Below are positions 39,953 through 50,061 of a DNA stretch of 64,000 nt, in pieces. Position 1 is the first letter of the stretch, and each line of letters begins with the position of its first letter. The translations under genes and the position numbers were made by a program. The stretch is from Candidatus Hermodarchaeota archaeon (GTDB lineage Archaea; Asgardarchaeota; Hermodarchaeia; Hermodarchaeales; Hermodarchaeaceae), in the NCBI GenBank assembly GCA_016839805.1, contig JAEOTO010000032.1, positions 64,001 through 128,000 of the forward strand, given 5' to 3'. The notes under the pieces are model-generated. The model ran no database searches. It was not told where the DNA came from and saw only the letters and a program-made list of their open reading frames with translations.

Positions 39953-40853
39953 TCTTCTTTTTTCCTTGTTTTGGGGCGGTCACTCTTTTTAGAGTTTCAT
40001 CAACGTCATACATTATACTAAACCTGCGTTTGAAAAATGTAAGAATATGGGAGAGATCTCGTTTTAGTAGCCACATAGAATTTGGATGACTTAGGGGTTG
40101 CCATTGAGGCCAATCAAAGATGGTAACTTGTTCATTTTCATCGACGAAGATATTGTATTCACTGAGGTCACCATGAACTAGTTTTGCTTTCTGGTAGGCA
40201 AGTTGCACTTGTTGAAGAATTTGCTCAAGCACATTATGAGGGTGTTCCAATTCTGATATTTGAAGCAGTAGATCACCCGTCATTTGCGACATTACGATGA
40301 CGTGGCGATTAAGCGCTATTGGTTGCGGCACTTTCCCACCAATATCATACAATATTCGTAAAACCCCGAATTCTCTTTTCGCTGCTCGTTTACTGAAGGC
40401 TATCCAAGAATGGATGGGTTCATCTTTGAGCTTGCGGAGTCTTCGAATGCGTTTAAAACTCGTTTGTCCCCATCGAAGAAACTTTACAGCAACCTCCTTT
40501 CCATTTGCGTCCAAAGAACTGTACACGGTTGCTTCCTTACCGACACCATAAGGTTGCCCAAGAGATACAATTACATCTTTTTGGGCCAAGTCATGCAAGG
40601 CTAATGCATCATAACCTGCACGCGATATCCGATATCCAAGGTAATGTTCTTTTTTCCGTTGTACTAATCTAATTTTATTTAATTTCCCAAGAAGAAATAG
40701 AATATCATCTTCATCCAGCGATAATTTTGTCGCGACCTCTTCAAGAGGGATGTACTCAAATCGATGTACTAATTCTTCGAGAGCTTGAAGTACTTGAATT
40801 TCTTCAGATGAGATTTCTTGCAGAATCTTGGCGAGACGGTACAACTCAATCAC
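39945..40853 (-). CDS. rio2: RIO2 serine/threonine kinase
   Basis: N-terminal WH, GYD.LAL, GVGKE..VY, G.TSF, VP.P, HGDLSEYNI, DWPQ; start trimmed to GTG 40853. Confidence 0.95.
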   Translation of the reverse strand: MIELYRLAKILQEISSEEIQVLQALEELVHRFEYIPLEEVATKLSLDEDDILFLLGKLNKIRLVQRKKEHYLGYRISRAGYDALALHDLAQKDVIVSLGQPYGVGKEATVYSSLDANGKEVAVKFLRWGQTSFKRIRRLRKLKDEPIHSWIAFSKRAAKREFGVLRILYDIGGKVPQPIALNRHVIVMSQMTGDLLLQISELEHPHNVLEQILQQVQLAYQKAKLVHGDLSEYNIFVDENEQVTIFDWPQWQPLSHPNSMWLLKRDLSHILTFFKRRFSIMYDVDETLKRVTAPKQGKKKND

Positions 40854-41041
40854 GTGAATTGCGGTGTTACGCCGACAAAAAGCTATTGGGAGTAAGTTAT
40901 CAATTGAGTCAGTCTCTTTTTGAATAAAAGCTTGGATTATTGGTGAAAGCATTCCTTTACCATTCAGCTGGGAAACGTATATTAAGGAGAGCCACCGAAA
41001 TTGGCTACCGAGTCTATTTACTAAGGCGGGAGTTTTATACA

Positions 41042-41350
41042 TTGAAGGAACGATTTGAAGTACCCGATGAAAAGGTTCTAAAAGTGGCTAAAGCGCTTTC
41101 CAGCGATACGCGACTTGCGATTATTGCTCTACTCATTAACAAGAGCATGGATGTTAGTCGAATTGCAGAAGCTCTAAAACAAACTGAAGCGAATATCAGT
41201 GCTCAAGTTAAGCTTCTAGAGCAGGCTGGACTCATTAAGAGTCATTATGAGCCCGGCGAGCATGGTGTAAGAAAAGTTTGTGAACCTGCTGTTAAGAATG
41301 TCATTTTTGATACGACATCTCTTAAACTGGAGACTCATACTCGGAAATAA
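41042..41350 (+). CDS. ArsR-family HTH regulator
   Basis: KALSS.TRL.I, IAE.L.QTEANIS.QV..LE.AGLI, G.HG.RK.C; TTG 41042 after GGGGAG. Confidence 0.88.
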   Translation: MKERFEVPDEKVLKVAKALSSDTRLAIIALLINKSMDVSRIAEALKQTEANISAQVKLLEQAGLIKSHYEPGEHGVRKVCEPAVKNVIFDTTSLKLETHTRK

Positions 41351-41421
41351 AATTGAAGGCCACAAGCAGTAGTTGGAGAGCGTAAATTTTAATAGACTCC
41401 AATTTCTCCTCTGAAAAGAAA

Positions 41422-41679
41422 GTGATACGAATGTCAAATGAAAACTCCAGAATACGATTAGTTAGAAGATCTTTTGGAACATTCATAGAAGCTCTAATAA
41501 TTTTCATTCTCCTGGTAAGTGGCATTGGTGTTGCTGTAGTTAGTAAAATCGTTGGCTTAATAGCCCCTGGATTATTCCTTCTTGCGATTAGTGTTGGTGT
41601 AGAGATTGCTGGAATAATCCTCGTGGGTCTTTATTTTTACTTTAGATCAATTCGTCGGACCGAAATTGAGCCCGAATAG
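41422..41679 (+). CDS. Small two-TM membrane protein
   Basis: Two long hydrophobic segments flanked by basic residues. Confidence 0.65.
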   Translation: MIRMSNENSRIRLVRRSFGTFIEALIIFILLVSGIGVAVVSKIVGLIAPGLFLLAISVGVEIAGIILVGLYFYFRSIRRTEIEPE

Positions 41680-41741
41680 TGGTTCCTAGTAGTTGAGGAC
41701 CTTTAAAGGGGTCAAATCCAGGTATATTTTGAGGGTATCGA

Positions 41742-42341
41742 GTGGACATCATCCTCGGAGTTGCTGTTACCATTTTTGTTTTCGCTCTCCTTCTCTATGC
41801 TGCAATAACGGATCTTCAAACAGGTGAGGTGTCTAACTCGGTCTGGATAATAGGGTTACTGGCTCTCCCTATCACTATTTTTCGCATGGTCTTATATGGA
41901 GCCATACTTCTCTACATATTTCAAGCTGTGTTAGTCCTCGTTTTTGTGATTATTGGATTTTATGTTGGGCTATTGGGTGGCGCCGATGGGAAAGCAATTC
42001 TTCTTGTGTCCCTGATTTACCCCTGGAATGTTTTTACTCCTTTATGGTTAATTGCCGCTCCTTTCTTAGTCCAGGCAGGAGGCTTCTGTTTATTGGGCGT
42101 ATATAGTTTGTTTCTTTTAATTAGAAATGGAGTAACGTGGAGACGATTAACTCCCAGCCAACGAAAAACAACAAGACCCATAAAGCGAATATTTTGGCTT
42201 ACTCGCCGGTTTAACCGACCAAACTCTAAGAAAAAAGGAACTGAGTGGAAACCTGTTTCAGTTGCATTAATTGCCTATTTTTTAATTGCCTACATTAGCT
42301 TGTTGATTTTATCAGGTGTACAAATTCTGATGTTGAATTAA
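41742..42341 (+). CDS. A24-family prepilin peptidase (FlaK/PibD-like)
   Basis: AA..DL..GEVSN and GGAD.KA catalytic Asp motifs; multi-TM. Confidence 0.85.
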   Translation: MDIILGVAVTIFVFALLLYAAITDLQTGEVSNSVWIIGLLALPITIFRMVLYGAILLYIFQAVLVLVFVIIGFYVGLLGGADGKAILLVSLIYPWNVFTPLWLIAAPFLVQAGGFCLLGVYSLFLLIRNGVTWRRLTPSQRKTTRPIKRIFWLTRRFNRPNSKKKGTEWKPVSVALIAYFLIAYISLLILSGVQILMLN

Positions 42342-43075
42342 AGTTCGCCACCAGGCATGACAACAAGCCCTGAACTACTAATTTCGAAAGGAAACCGTTT
42401 CAAACTGTGCCCTGTTTGACGCATCTTTCGTACAACTAAGCTACGGCGAAGTTCACGATCCTGTTCGGTGAGGAATAAGATAACTAGCCCCTGAGCGATG
42501 AATTCTTCCACCCCATAACGACTGAACCCTGTGGAACCCTCAGCAACTTCTGAGGTCATTATTGAAGTAGCGCCAAGTTCCCGAAGTAAACTTGATAATT
42601 TGAATATTGCGTTTCTCACTGCAGCTATTCCTTCAAATCTCACTCCAAGGCCTGACACGGAATCAATGACGATTCGCCTAGCGTTAATTCGTTTGGTCAC
42701 ACGATAGATTTCTTGTGCAAGAGCATTAATATCAAGACCTGTTCTAATAGCGTGTGGTTCTGTAGTCGGTAATCCAGCTTTGCTGGAGGCTGCATCAACA
42801 ATAATGAGTTTTTCTTCTTCTTGCAGTTTCTCAAAATTCCATCCGAAGCGTGCTGCTTCGCGTCGTAGTTCTTTAGGACGTTCTTCTAAAGTTACAAACA
42901 CTCCATTGTCTCCATATTTCATTGCACCGGAATAGAGAAATTGCATGCAGAAAATTGTCTTCCCTGTACCAGCCCCACCGGAGACTAATACATTACTTCC
43001 AGGAATGTATCCTCCATGAAGGATGCCATCTAAGCCTGGAATTCCCGTCTTCACCCTTTCTGATGTCTCAGACAT
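42338..43075 (-). CDS. KaiC-like (RAD55 family) single-domain ATPase
   Basis: TGIPGLD..L.GG, GGAGTGKT, VTLEE, IVIDS, GVEEF, KMR; ATG 43075. Confidence 0.95.
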   Translation of the reverse strand: MSETSERVKTGIPGLDGILHGGYIPGSNVLVSGGAGTGKTIFCMQFLYSGAMKYGDNGVFVTLEERPKELRREAARFGWNFEKLQEEEKLIIVDAASSKAGLPTTEPHAIRTGLDINALAQEIYRVTKRINARRIVIDSVSGLGVRFEGIAAVRNAIFKLSSLLRELGATSIMTSEVAEGSTGFSRYGVEEFIAQGLVILFLTEQDRELRRSLVVRKMRQTGHSLKRFPFEISSSGLVVMPGGEL

Positions 43076-43595
43076 CTTCTTTTTCCTCCGTTTCGATAAG
43101 GGGTAAGCCTGTTCCAACCAGAGTCTCACCCTTTGATGGTTGTTTGAGGAACCATAATCTAGCGTCGACAACATCGGGGTTGTCTTTGAGCTTTTCAAAT
43201 ATTTCTTCAAGTTCCGTTTTCTGTTTCCCAAGAATAAACGCGAAAATTCCCGTTTCAGTTTCATTAAGCGCAAGAAAAATTACATTCGTTCGATTTTCAA
43301 GATCAGCCTTTATTTTTTGAGTGTGTTCTACGGTGATGTCTCGAAGAATATGTCCACCAATTTCAACAAATAACACACCACATACAGTGAACCCCAGCAT
43401 TTCCTGATCGATGCTTACTGTGAATTTCTTTATGACTCCTGCCTGTTGAAGTTTGCGGATTCGAAATAAAATTGTCGTGTCCGGAATATTTTGTTTCATC
43501 GCTTTTGATAGAGTTCTCGCAATTTGGGTGTACTTTGCTCGACCATCCGTTTGGAGTAAAGAGAGGATTTGCATATCCTTATCATCAAGTTTCAC
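43068..43595 (-). CDS. Lrp/AsnC family transcriptional regulator
   Basis: LDDKD..IL..LQ.DGR, RI.KL...GVIKKF; overlaps the KaiC start by 8 nt. Confidence 0.9.
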   Translation of the reverse strand: MKLDDKDMQILSLLQTDGRAKYTQIARTLSKAMKQNIPDTTILFRIRKLQQAGVIKKFTVSIDQEMLGFTVCGVLFVEIGGHILRDITVEHTQKIKADLENRTNVIFLALNETETGIFAFILGKQKTELEEIFEKLKDNPDVVDARLWFLKQPSKGETLVGTGLPLIETEEKEDV

Positions 43596-43697
43596 TAAAC
43601 TCCCTCGATATCACATTACTAAATCGACATTAGAAAAGGTGACCTATTAAGGTTTCCTCAACTAATATCCGGTTCCAAAGAGAAATCTTCAACTTGA

Positions 43698-44024
43698 TTA
43701 GGGAGGTAGCGCGGTAGCTGCATAAATGAAGTTAAACCCTAGTAGGTAAATCATGAGGAATAACAGAACAGCTGTGCCTAGTCCCTTAATCAATCCCTTG
43801 ACATGTCCACCAATTTCTTGAGGATTAACACCTAGAAGATATACGGCAAGGAAATACGACAAGATAATTAGTACTAATCCGATAACAAACCCAATCAAAC
43901 CTAAGGGACCCCAAAGGTTTAAACCCAATACAATAGCTGCAGAAATAAATGCAAAAATTATGCGCGTATAGTATATCCGATCTTCAGGTGTTATACGCTC
44001 AAATAATGAAGTCATCTTTTCCAA
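43698..44024 (-). CDS. Three-TM Rab5ip family protein (OPTI/RAB5IF/EMC6-like)
   Basis: DRIYYTRII..., L.GPLGLIGF, L.V...E.GG, G..T...LF..IY pattern matches the Rab5ip family as recalled. Confidence 0.7.
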   Translation of the reverse strand: MEKMTSLFERITPEDRIYYTRIIFAFISAAIVLGLNLWGPLGLIGFVIGLVLIILSYFLAVYLLGVNPQEIGGHVKGLIKGLGTAVLLFLMIYLLGFNFIYAATALPP

Positions 44025-44039
44025 CGATGGTGAGCCTCC

Positions 44040-46049
44040 ATGAATCCAGGTATGACAGCGTCCGATATTTTCGTTGTGCTTCGCGAAGTTAAGGACTTAA
44101 TAGTCGAGAGATGGATTCTGAATGTTTATCAACTTAACGGTATTCTACTTTTTAAGATCAGTTCTGATACACCGAATAAAACCTGGCTATTGATTGAACC
44201 TGGAAAGAGGATGCACTTAACATCCCTCAGATATGAACGAGAAGCAAAACTACGCGCGTTTTGTAAAGCACTCCGGAAACATCTACGAGATCATAAAATA
44301 TCGGTTATTGAACAACACGATTTCGATCGAGTCGTCTATCTACGAGCTGGACCACCCGAAAAACGATTTACATTAGTAATCGAGCTATTTGGCGGCGGGA
44401 ACGCAATCCTCCTCGATCCCAAAGATCGCATTGTATCTGCGATGACATATCGACGAATGCGAGACCGTGACATTGTTCGGGGAGCACCCTTTCAGTTTCC
44501 CCCATTACGAGCAGCTGATCCACGCCAAATATCGGGTAAGGAGCTGAATTCCTTACTTGATGATTCTGAACAAGATATTGTCCGGACTTTAGTTCATAGC
44601 CTAAATATGAGCGGATCAACAGCCGAAGAAATCCTATCTACAGCTGAAATCGCCTATAAAATCAACGCAAAGAGTTTAACCCCCAAACAACGAAAAACTC
44701 TGCATCAAGCATTGAGTTCATACTTCATAACCCTGGCTGAGGAGCCACTTAAACCTAGAATTGTCCTAGGAGAAAATGAGGAGCCACTTCAAGTCCTACC
44801 AACAGAGAGTAAGCGTTTTCAGAAATCAAAAGTTAGATCATTTTCCACGTTTAACCAGGCCCTCGACAATTATTACTCAACTTACCATGAAGAAACGGCA
44901 GTAGAGGAAATCACTGATACATATCAACGTGATTTCAAAAAGCTTCAATATTTATTGAGCCAACAGCAAGAGCACCTTGAAACCATGCAAACTAGGGCGA
45001 AGCAAAGCCGCGATGCAGCTAACGTGATTTATCAAAACCTGAATTTAGTCGAAGAGCTCTTATCCACAATACAAGATGCACGTCAACAAGGTCATTCCTG
45101 GAAGGAAATTACCAAACGCCTTGAAAACGGAAGACAGCAGAAAATTCCTGCTGCAATGATTGTTAAAGGGATTCACCCACATTCAGGACGCATTCAAATT
45201 CAATTGAATGCCGTTTCGTTATCACTTGATATTCGTTTGTCGGCCACTGAAAACGCGAACCAACTATTCCAGCGCAGTAAACAACTTGAGAAAAAAGTCA
45301 AAGGGGCCTCCATTGCTATCGAAAATACAAAACAAAAAATTGCACGACTTGATGAAAAACGTGATGACGAACTTACTGCAGCAGATTCTGACAAGCTCAT
45401 GTATCGGCGAAAGAAACGTTGGTTTGAGAAATTTAGGTGGTTTGAAACATCTGGAGATTTTTTGGTCTTAGGAGGACGTGACGCAGGGAGTAACCAACAA
45501 CTCATCCGGAAATATCTTGATGAGTCTGATCTCTTTTTCCATGCAGATTTTGCCGGAGCCCCCATAGTAATTGTCAAAACAGAGGGAAGAGATGTTTCTG
45601 AAGAAGAGTTAGCGGAAATCGCCATTTTTGCGGTGAGTTATTCACGTGCATGGAAAGCTAGTAGTAGCGCAGCAGATGCTTATTGGGTAACTAGTGATCA
45701 AGTTTCTTTAAGCGCCCCATCAGGAGAATTCTTACCAAAAGGCGCTGTGATGGTTAGGGGAGAACGGAATTATCTCCGAAATAATCCAGTTCGGATAGCT
45801 ATTGGAGTAATAATTGAGGAAGGATTCCCTATTATTATAGCTGGACCCGAGTCAACTATTCGGAAAAAAACCAAGGTGTTTTTTATAATAACCCCGGGAA
45901 AAATGAAGGTCTCAGATGCTGCAAAACGATTGAGAGCTGATTTTTCTGAAAGAGTTCCCTCAGAATTTCAAAGCAAAGTTCGAGCCTTAAGTATTGATGA
46001 AATTATCGCGATTTTACCTCCAGGTCCAATTGATTTTGTTAAAGAGTGA
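44040..46049 (+). CDS. rqc2: Ribosome quality control protein Rqc2/NEMF (NFACT)
   Basis: LRKHL, Q.DFDR, ELFGGGN, coiled coil, WFEKFRWF, GRDA..N, HAD..GA, APSGE.L.KG..M.RG.RN. Confidence 0.96.
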   Translation: MNPGMTASDIFVVLREVKDLIVERWILNVYQLNGILLFKISSDTPNKTWLLIEPGKRMHLTSLRYEREAKLRAFCKALRKHLRDHKISVIEQHDFDRVVYLRAGPPEKRFTLVIELFGGGNAILLDPKDRIVSAMTYRRMRDRDIVRGAPFQFPPLRAADPRQISGKELNSLLDDSEQDIVRTLVHSLNMSGSTAEEILSTAEIAYKINAKSLTPKQRKTLHQALSSYFITLAEEPLKPRIVLGENEEPLQVLPTESKRFQKSKVRSFSTFNQALDNYYSTYHEETAVEEITDTYQRDFKKLQYLLSQQQEHLETMQTRAKQSRDAANVIYQNLNLVEELLSTIQDARQQGHSWKEITKRLENGRQQKIPAAMIVKGIHPHSGRIQIQLNAVSLSLDIRLSATENANQLFQRSKQLEKKVKGASIAIENTKQKIARLDEKRDDELTAADSDKLMYRRKKRWFEKFRWFETSGDFLVLGGRDAGSNQQLIRKYLDESDLFFHADFAGAPIVIVKTEGRDVSEEELAEIAIFAVSYSRAWKASSSAADAYWVTSDQVSLSAPSGEFLPKGAVMVRGERNYLRNNPVRIAIGVIIEEGFPIIIAGPESTIRKKTKVFFIITPGKMKVSDAAKRLRADFSERVPSEFQSKVRALSIDEIIAILPPGPIDFVKE

Positions 46050-46132
46050 ATATCAGTTTTGGGATGTTTGGAACGTAAGAGCCAAACTATTTTGAGTAAC
46101 GACGCTAACTATGGTTTGACGAGGTGAGGTAG

Positions 46133-46948
46133 GTGCATGTTGAAAAAATTATGGCAAGTCCAGTAAAAACTATAGATAAAGATCAAGTGGTTTCAATGGC
46201 ATTGGAGTTGATGGAAAAATATGGTATCTCTGCAATTCCCGTAACAGATAGTAATCGTCTGGTAGGGTTAATCACTGAAGTAGATATTTTGGATCGACTA
46301 GGATCAGCTCGAGCAGGAAAACTGACTCCATCCAGCATCCATGTTAGTTCTGTTATGGAGTTGAATCCTAAGACTGTTGAGCCGTCAACTAATCTGTTCA
46401 AAGCAGCAAATTTACTTCTTGAACGCCAAGAACGAGCTTTACCAGTCGTAAAAGATGAGGAAATTGTTGGAATAATTACTAATACACATTTTGTAAAAAA
46501 ATGCCTTGATATTGATAAGCACTATGTTCGTGATCTCAAACTGGAAAATCCAATCAGCATTAGTCCTACTGAACGGGTTGTACATGCCCGTCAGTTAATA
46601 TTGACAAAGGGGATGCCGGGCCTGCCCGTGTTTGATCAAGGAGAAATAATTGGATTAGTTACTAAAAAACGGTTGGCGCTGGGCTTTGCTGCGTTTCGCC
46701 GAGAAACACCAGCGAAATATCAAAGCACTCGCTTGCGTGATTTTCGTGTATTGAATATTCTAACGACAACAGAGTTAACAACCACTCCTAATACTCCGAT
46801 CGGTGAAGCTGCTGAGCTTCTGCTACGTGAACATCAACATCTTCTACCTGTCATGAAGAAGGGAAATATGGTCAACATACTAATACGGCGTAATTTAGTT
46901 GACTTGGTTGCGAATCGATTTACACCACATAACAATACGAGCCATTAA
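46133..46948 (+). CDS. CBS-domain protein (four CBS repeats)
   Basis: Repeated V..IM...V.TI / LPV...G.IT..D motifs. Confidence 0.92.
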   Translation: MHVEKIMASPVKTIDKDQVVSMALELMEKYGISAIPVTDSNRLVGLITEVDILDRLGSARAGKLTPSSIHVSSVMELNPKTVEPSTNLFKAANLLLERQERALPVVKDEEIVGIITNTHFVKKCLDIDKHYVRDLKLENPISISPTERVVHARQLILTKGMPGLPVFDQGEIIGLVTKKRLALGFAAFRRETPAKYQSTRLRDFRVLNILTTTELTTTPNTPIGEAAELLLREHQHLLPVMKKGNMVNILIRRNLVDLVANRFTPHNNTSH

Positions 46949-46965
46949 TCCGGTGAAACGATCCA

Positions 46966-47616
46966 ATGTCCAAATTACTCACCCTCAAAGAAGGAACTCT
47001 TCTAACAAGACTTGCTCGCCAGGCAATTGAAAGCTTCATTCGTGACAAAAAACAACTAGAATTACCGAAGATTGACTCAGAAGCCTTACATGAAAGTCGG
47101 GGTGTTTTTGTTACATTAAAGAAACAGAACCCTCAGGCAAAGGAAGAGTGGATGCTGAGGGGCTGTATAGGTAGATTACAATCTGGACCTACTAACCGTT
47201 TGGATCCGATCTCTTTGCTTGAAGCAACACGGCAAGCCGCTTTAAGTTCAGCCCTCGACGATCCACGATTCCCAGCAGTTCAGGTTGACGAACTTGAATT
47301 AATTCTAGTTGAAGTGAGCGTCCTGACGAAACCTGAACTCCTCACCTTAACTGACCGGACAAAACTGGTAGACCAAATTGAGATTGGAAAAGATGGATTG
47401 ATAATTGAAGGAAAAGGATGGCACCGGGGATTGCTTCTTCCTCAAGTTGCACCTGAGCAAGGTTGGAATGCAAAAGAGTTCCTCCAAGGCTGTTGTCAAA
47501 AAGCAGGATTGCCAATAGATAGTTATTTGGATTCCAATGTGAAGGTTCTTAAATTTCAAGCCCAGATTTTCGCTGAAACCAGTGTAAACGGAGAGGTTAT
47601 TGAACGGTCCTTCTAA
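46966..47616 (+). CDS. AMMECR1 domain protein
   Basis: GVFVTL, LRGCIG, DPRF, EVSVL, G.DGL, GLLLPQV, C.KAG. Confidence 0.96.
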   Translation: MSKLLTLKEGTLLTRLARQAIESFIRDKKQLELPKIDSEALHESRGVFVTLKKQNPQAKEEWMLRGCIGRLQSGPTNRLDPISLLEATRQAALSSALDDPRFPAVQVDELELILVEVSVLTKPELLTLTDRTKLVDQIEIGKDGLIIEGKGWHRGLLLPQVAPEQGWNAKEFLQGCCQKAGLPIDSYLDSNVKVLKFQAQIFAETSVNGEVIERSF

Positions 47617-47618
47617 TG

Positions 47619-48074
47619 CTACTTAGTACTTGTCGGAATTGGGGGCGTATTGTTTACTTCGTCAAGTACCATAAGTGTGTTGATACTAGTGATACCAGGA
47701 ATTTTTGATAACGATTTTTGAAGAATAGAAGCAAAATCAGAAACATCACTCGCAATAAGTCGAACAACCAAATCGACAGTTCCCGCAGTTTTTGTTATTG
47801 ACAAAATTTGAGGTATCTTATGCAGTTGCTTGGAAACCGTGTCTGCTCTACCATGTTCCGTGCGGACGAGGAGAAGCGATTGTATTGGCCAACCAATCTT
47901 CGCCCAATCCAATTCAACACCGAGTCTAGTGATTATTCCCCGATTGACAAGGCTGTTAATACGATTGCGCGCTGCAGTAGCACTGAGCCCTACGCTTCGT
48001 CCCAATTCAGAGAAGGATATTCGTGAATTGGATTGCAATACTTCTAGAATCTGCTGATCCACTTCATCCAACAT
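47619..48074 (-). CDS. Lrp/AsnC family transcriptional regulator
   Basis: LDEVD..IL..LQ.NSR, VGLS, RI..L...GII, G..D. Confidence 0.93.
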   Translation of the reverse strand: MLDEVDQQILEVLQSNSRISFSELGRSVGLSATAARNRINSLVNRGIITRLGVELDWAKIGWPIQSLLLVRTEHGRADTVSKQLHKIPQILSITKTAGTVDLVVRLIASDVSDFASILQKSLSKIPGITSINTLMVLDEVNNTPPIPTSTK

Positions 48075-48144
48075 GTTAATCGGGGCTCCCTCAAAATAGT
48101 CTTGTTACGAGTGCTTAAAAGCATAGTCGCCCAGAATTCAATCA

Positions 48145-49575
48145 ATGTTTTCGCTACAAAAAATTAGAAGTAGAATATTGGATCAAATTCGCCCCACCAA
48201 GTTGGAGATCGATGAAAGTTTCCGAGTTTATACGAAAATAAAAGAAAGCATTCAACGTGTAGCGAAAGATCGGAAACTTGCTCTTGCATTTATTGAACTT
48301 GAAGGGTCATCGGGACGAAAACAGACTCAACTTCGAAGCTGGCGCGAACTAGATATATTCATTGGATTATCCCCATCCATTTTGCCGAAATCAATCGAGT
48401 TAGAAAAGCCCAAGAAACACCTCGTTAGAAAACTCTTCAAAAAACTCGTAAAAGAGGTAGCAATTGTCGCAGCTCAAAAAGTCGGAGCACAAACCGAAAA
48501 TATTGCCTATTCTGAGCATCCATACGTTTCCATAAATTTAGACAAGTATCTGGTGGACGTAGTATTTTGTTTTGATCTTACGCCGGAATATATTATGGAA
48601 AATGGACCAATTACCGCTGTTGATCGAACTCCTCATCATTCGCGCTTCGTTGATGCAAACCTGACACAACAACAACGTGATGATGTGCGTATTTTCAAAG
48701 CATTTTGTCATTCAATATTTGTCTATGGAGATTCGAGCCCGGTTGGACGTAGTGGCTTTACTGGTTTTAGTACAGAGATGTTTATCTATCATTCAAAAAA
48801 CATCGATTCTGCCTTCGATTTTCTTTCTCAATCTCCAACAATCTGTCTGGACTTTTTTGGTCGTTCCTCACAAGAATTGCAGAAAGATTTTCCTAAAGAC
48901 TTCTTAATTATCACGGACCCTACAGACGCAAATCGAAATATTGCCTCAAGTATTTCACAACGTGCTTATCGATTTGCTCAGCATAACGCGCAACAATTAC
49001 ATAAACAACCTTCTAGTACTTTTTTCCAAAGACAACCGATTCCTATTCTTTCAACAAAAGAGCTTGCGCAACTGACTTCAAATTATTATGTAATTGAATT
49101 CTACGATGAAACGACCTGGCATTATACGAAAACGCGTGATAAACTCTATCGATATTTTACAAAATTACAGAAAGCCCTTAGATGTGAACCCACTGGTGAA
49201 TTACGGTTTGGAGCAGTTACGTTCGAAGAAGTATTTCAACCTCCAATTTTTGCCATTGCCCTTCATGTGGAAAAAAGTGAAATTAAAGACTCCTATGTTC
49301 GAATTGGCCCACCAGCGGATTTTATCGAGGGAGTAGAACGCTTTACGGAAAAACACCCGGATGCAGTTTTAGTAAACGGGAGATACAATGCTAAAATCAC
49401 AAGAACCGTTACAGACGCTGAACAAGCCCTCCGCCAATATTTCGCGGAAAACCTACTATCACCCAAGTTATCACTAATAGATATTACAAATCATGGGACA
49501 ACAAAAATTGGAAAACAATCATTATGGATCTTGAAAAACGCTATTCAGCCCTTTGTCAATCCAAATATTGAATGA
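48145..49575 (+). CDS. cca: Class I CCA-adding enzyme
   Basis: GS...T.L...ELDIF, YSEHPY, AVDRTP.H, GF.G...E, DP.D..RN.A. Confidence 0.88.
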   Translation: MFSLQKIRSRILDQIRPTKLEIDESFRVYTKIKESIQRVAKDRKLALAFIELEGSSGRKQTQLRSWRELDIFIGLSPSILPKSIELEKPKKHLVRKLFKKLVKEVAIVAAQKVGAQTENIAYSEHPYVSINLDKYLVDVVFCFDLTPEYIMENGPITAVDRTPHHSRFVDANLTQQQRDDVRIFKAFCHSIFVYGDSSPVGRSGFTGFSTEMFIYHSKNIDSAFDFLSQSPTICLDFFGRSSQELQKDFPKDFLIITDPTDANRNIASSISQRAYRFAQHNAQQLHKQPSSTFFQRQPIPILSTKELAQLTSNYYVIEFYDETTWHYTKTRDKLYRYFTKLQKALRCEPTGELRFGAVTFEEVFQPPIFAIALHVEKSEIKDSYVRIGPPADFIEGVERFTEKHPDAVLVNGRYNAKITRTVTDAEQALRQYFAENLLSPKLSLIDITNHGTTKIGKQSLWILKNAIQPFVNPNIE

Positions 49576-49594
49576 CAAAATATTAACTAAATTT

Positions 49595-49984
49595 CTACTT
49601 CTTTTTTGCTTCATAGACATGAATACTAGTTTTAGTTTTTTTCTGTAATGGAGTCTCAAAAAACGCGATGATGTCATCCCCTGAAGCATTAGCTAGTTTC
49701 TCATCGTCCACAGCTACTAGTCTGAGTGCTCCATATGCGTATTCAAATAGTCCTGTAACGTTGTGAACCTGATTATCTGTGGTGGCGTATTCGACAAGAA
49801 CAAAACTTGAAGACAGCTTATTCAAACCCTCAGGAGACTTGACTTCAAAGTTCATCATGTGAGTTTTGGAAATTTCCTTCAATTCGTTTATGAACTTAGG
49901 TCGAATCATTTTTGCGCCGGTTTTATCAAGAACGTCAGTTAGAACTCGTTCTGATGATTTAAGTCGAATATGCCAATCGCCCAC
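49595..49984 (-). CDS. Hypothetical protein (129 aa)
   Basis: Fills the intergenic space; GGGTGG SD before GTG; no recognised motif. Confidence 0.65.
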   Translation of the reverse strand: MGDWHIRLKSSERVLTDVLDKTGAKMIRPKFINELKEISKTHMMNFEVKSPEGLNKLSSSFVLVEYATTDNQVHNVTGLFEYAYGALRLVAVDDEKLANASGDDIIAFFETPLQKKTKTSIHVYEAKKK

Positions 49985-50061
49985 TGGAATCCACCCTTTG
50001 CTATAAATTACAAACTGTAAAATAGTAAAGTGTAACTCCGTTTTAACGATTTGGCAAGTCG

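Noticed and set aside
41422-41679. Small membrane protein as a pilin substrate of the adjacent peptidase
   Set aside because: RRS-FGTFIE places Glu one residue off the class III signal consensus, and the protein has a second TM segment with no pilin globular domain.
48145-49575. CCA enzyme inactive because of E-L-D instead of D-x-D
   Set aside because: E-x-D occurs in active archaeal class I CCA enzymes.
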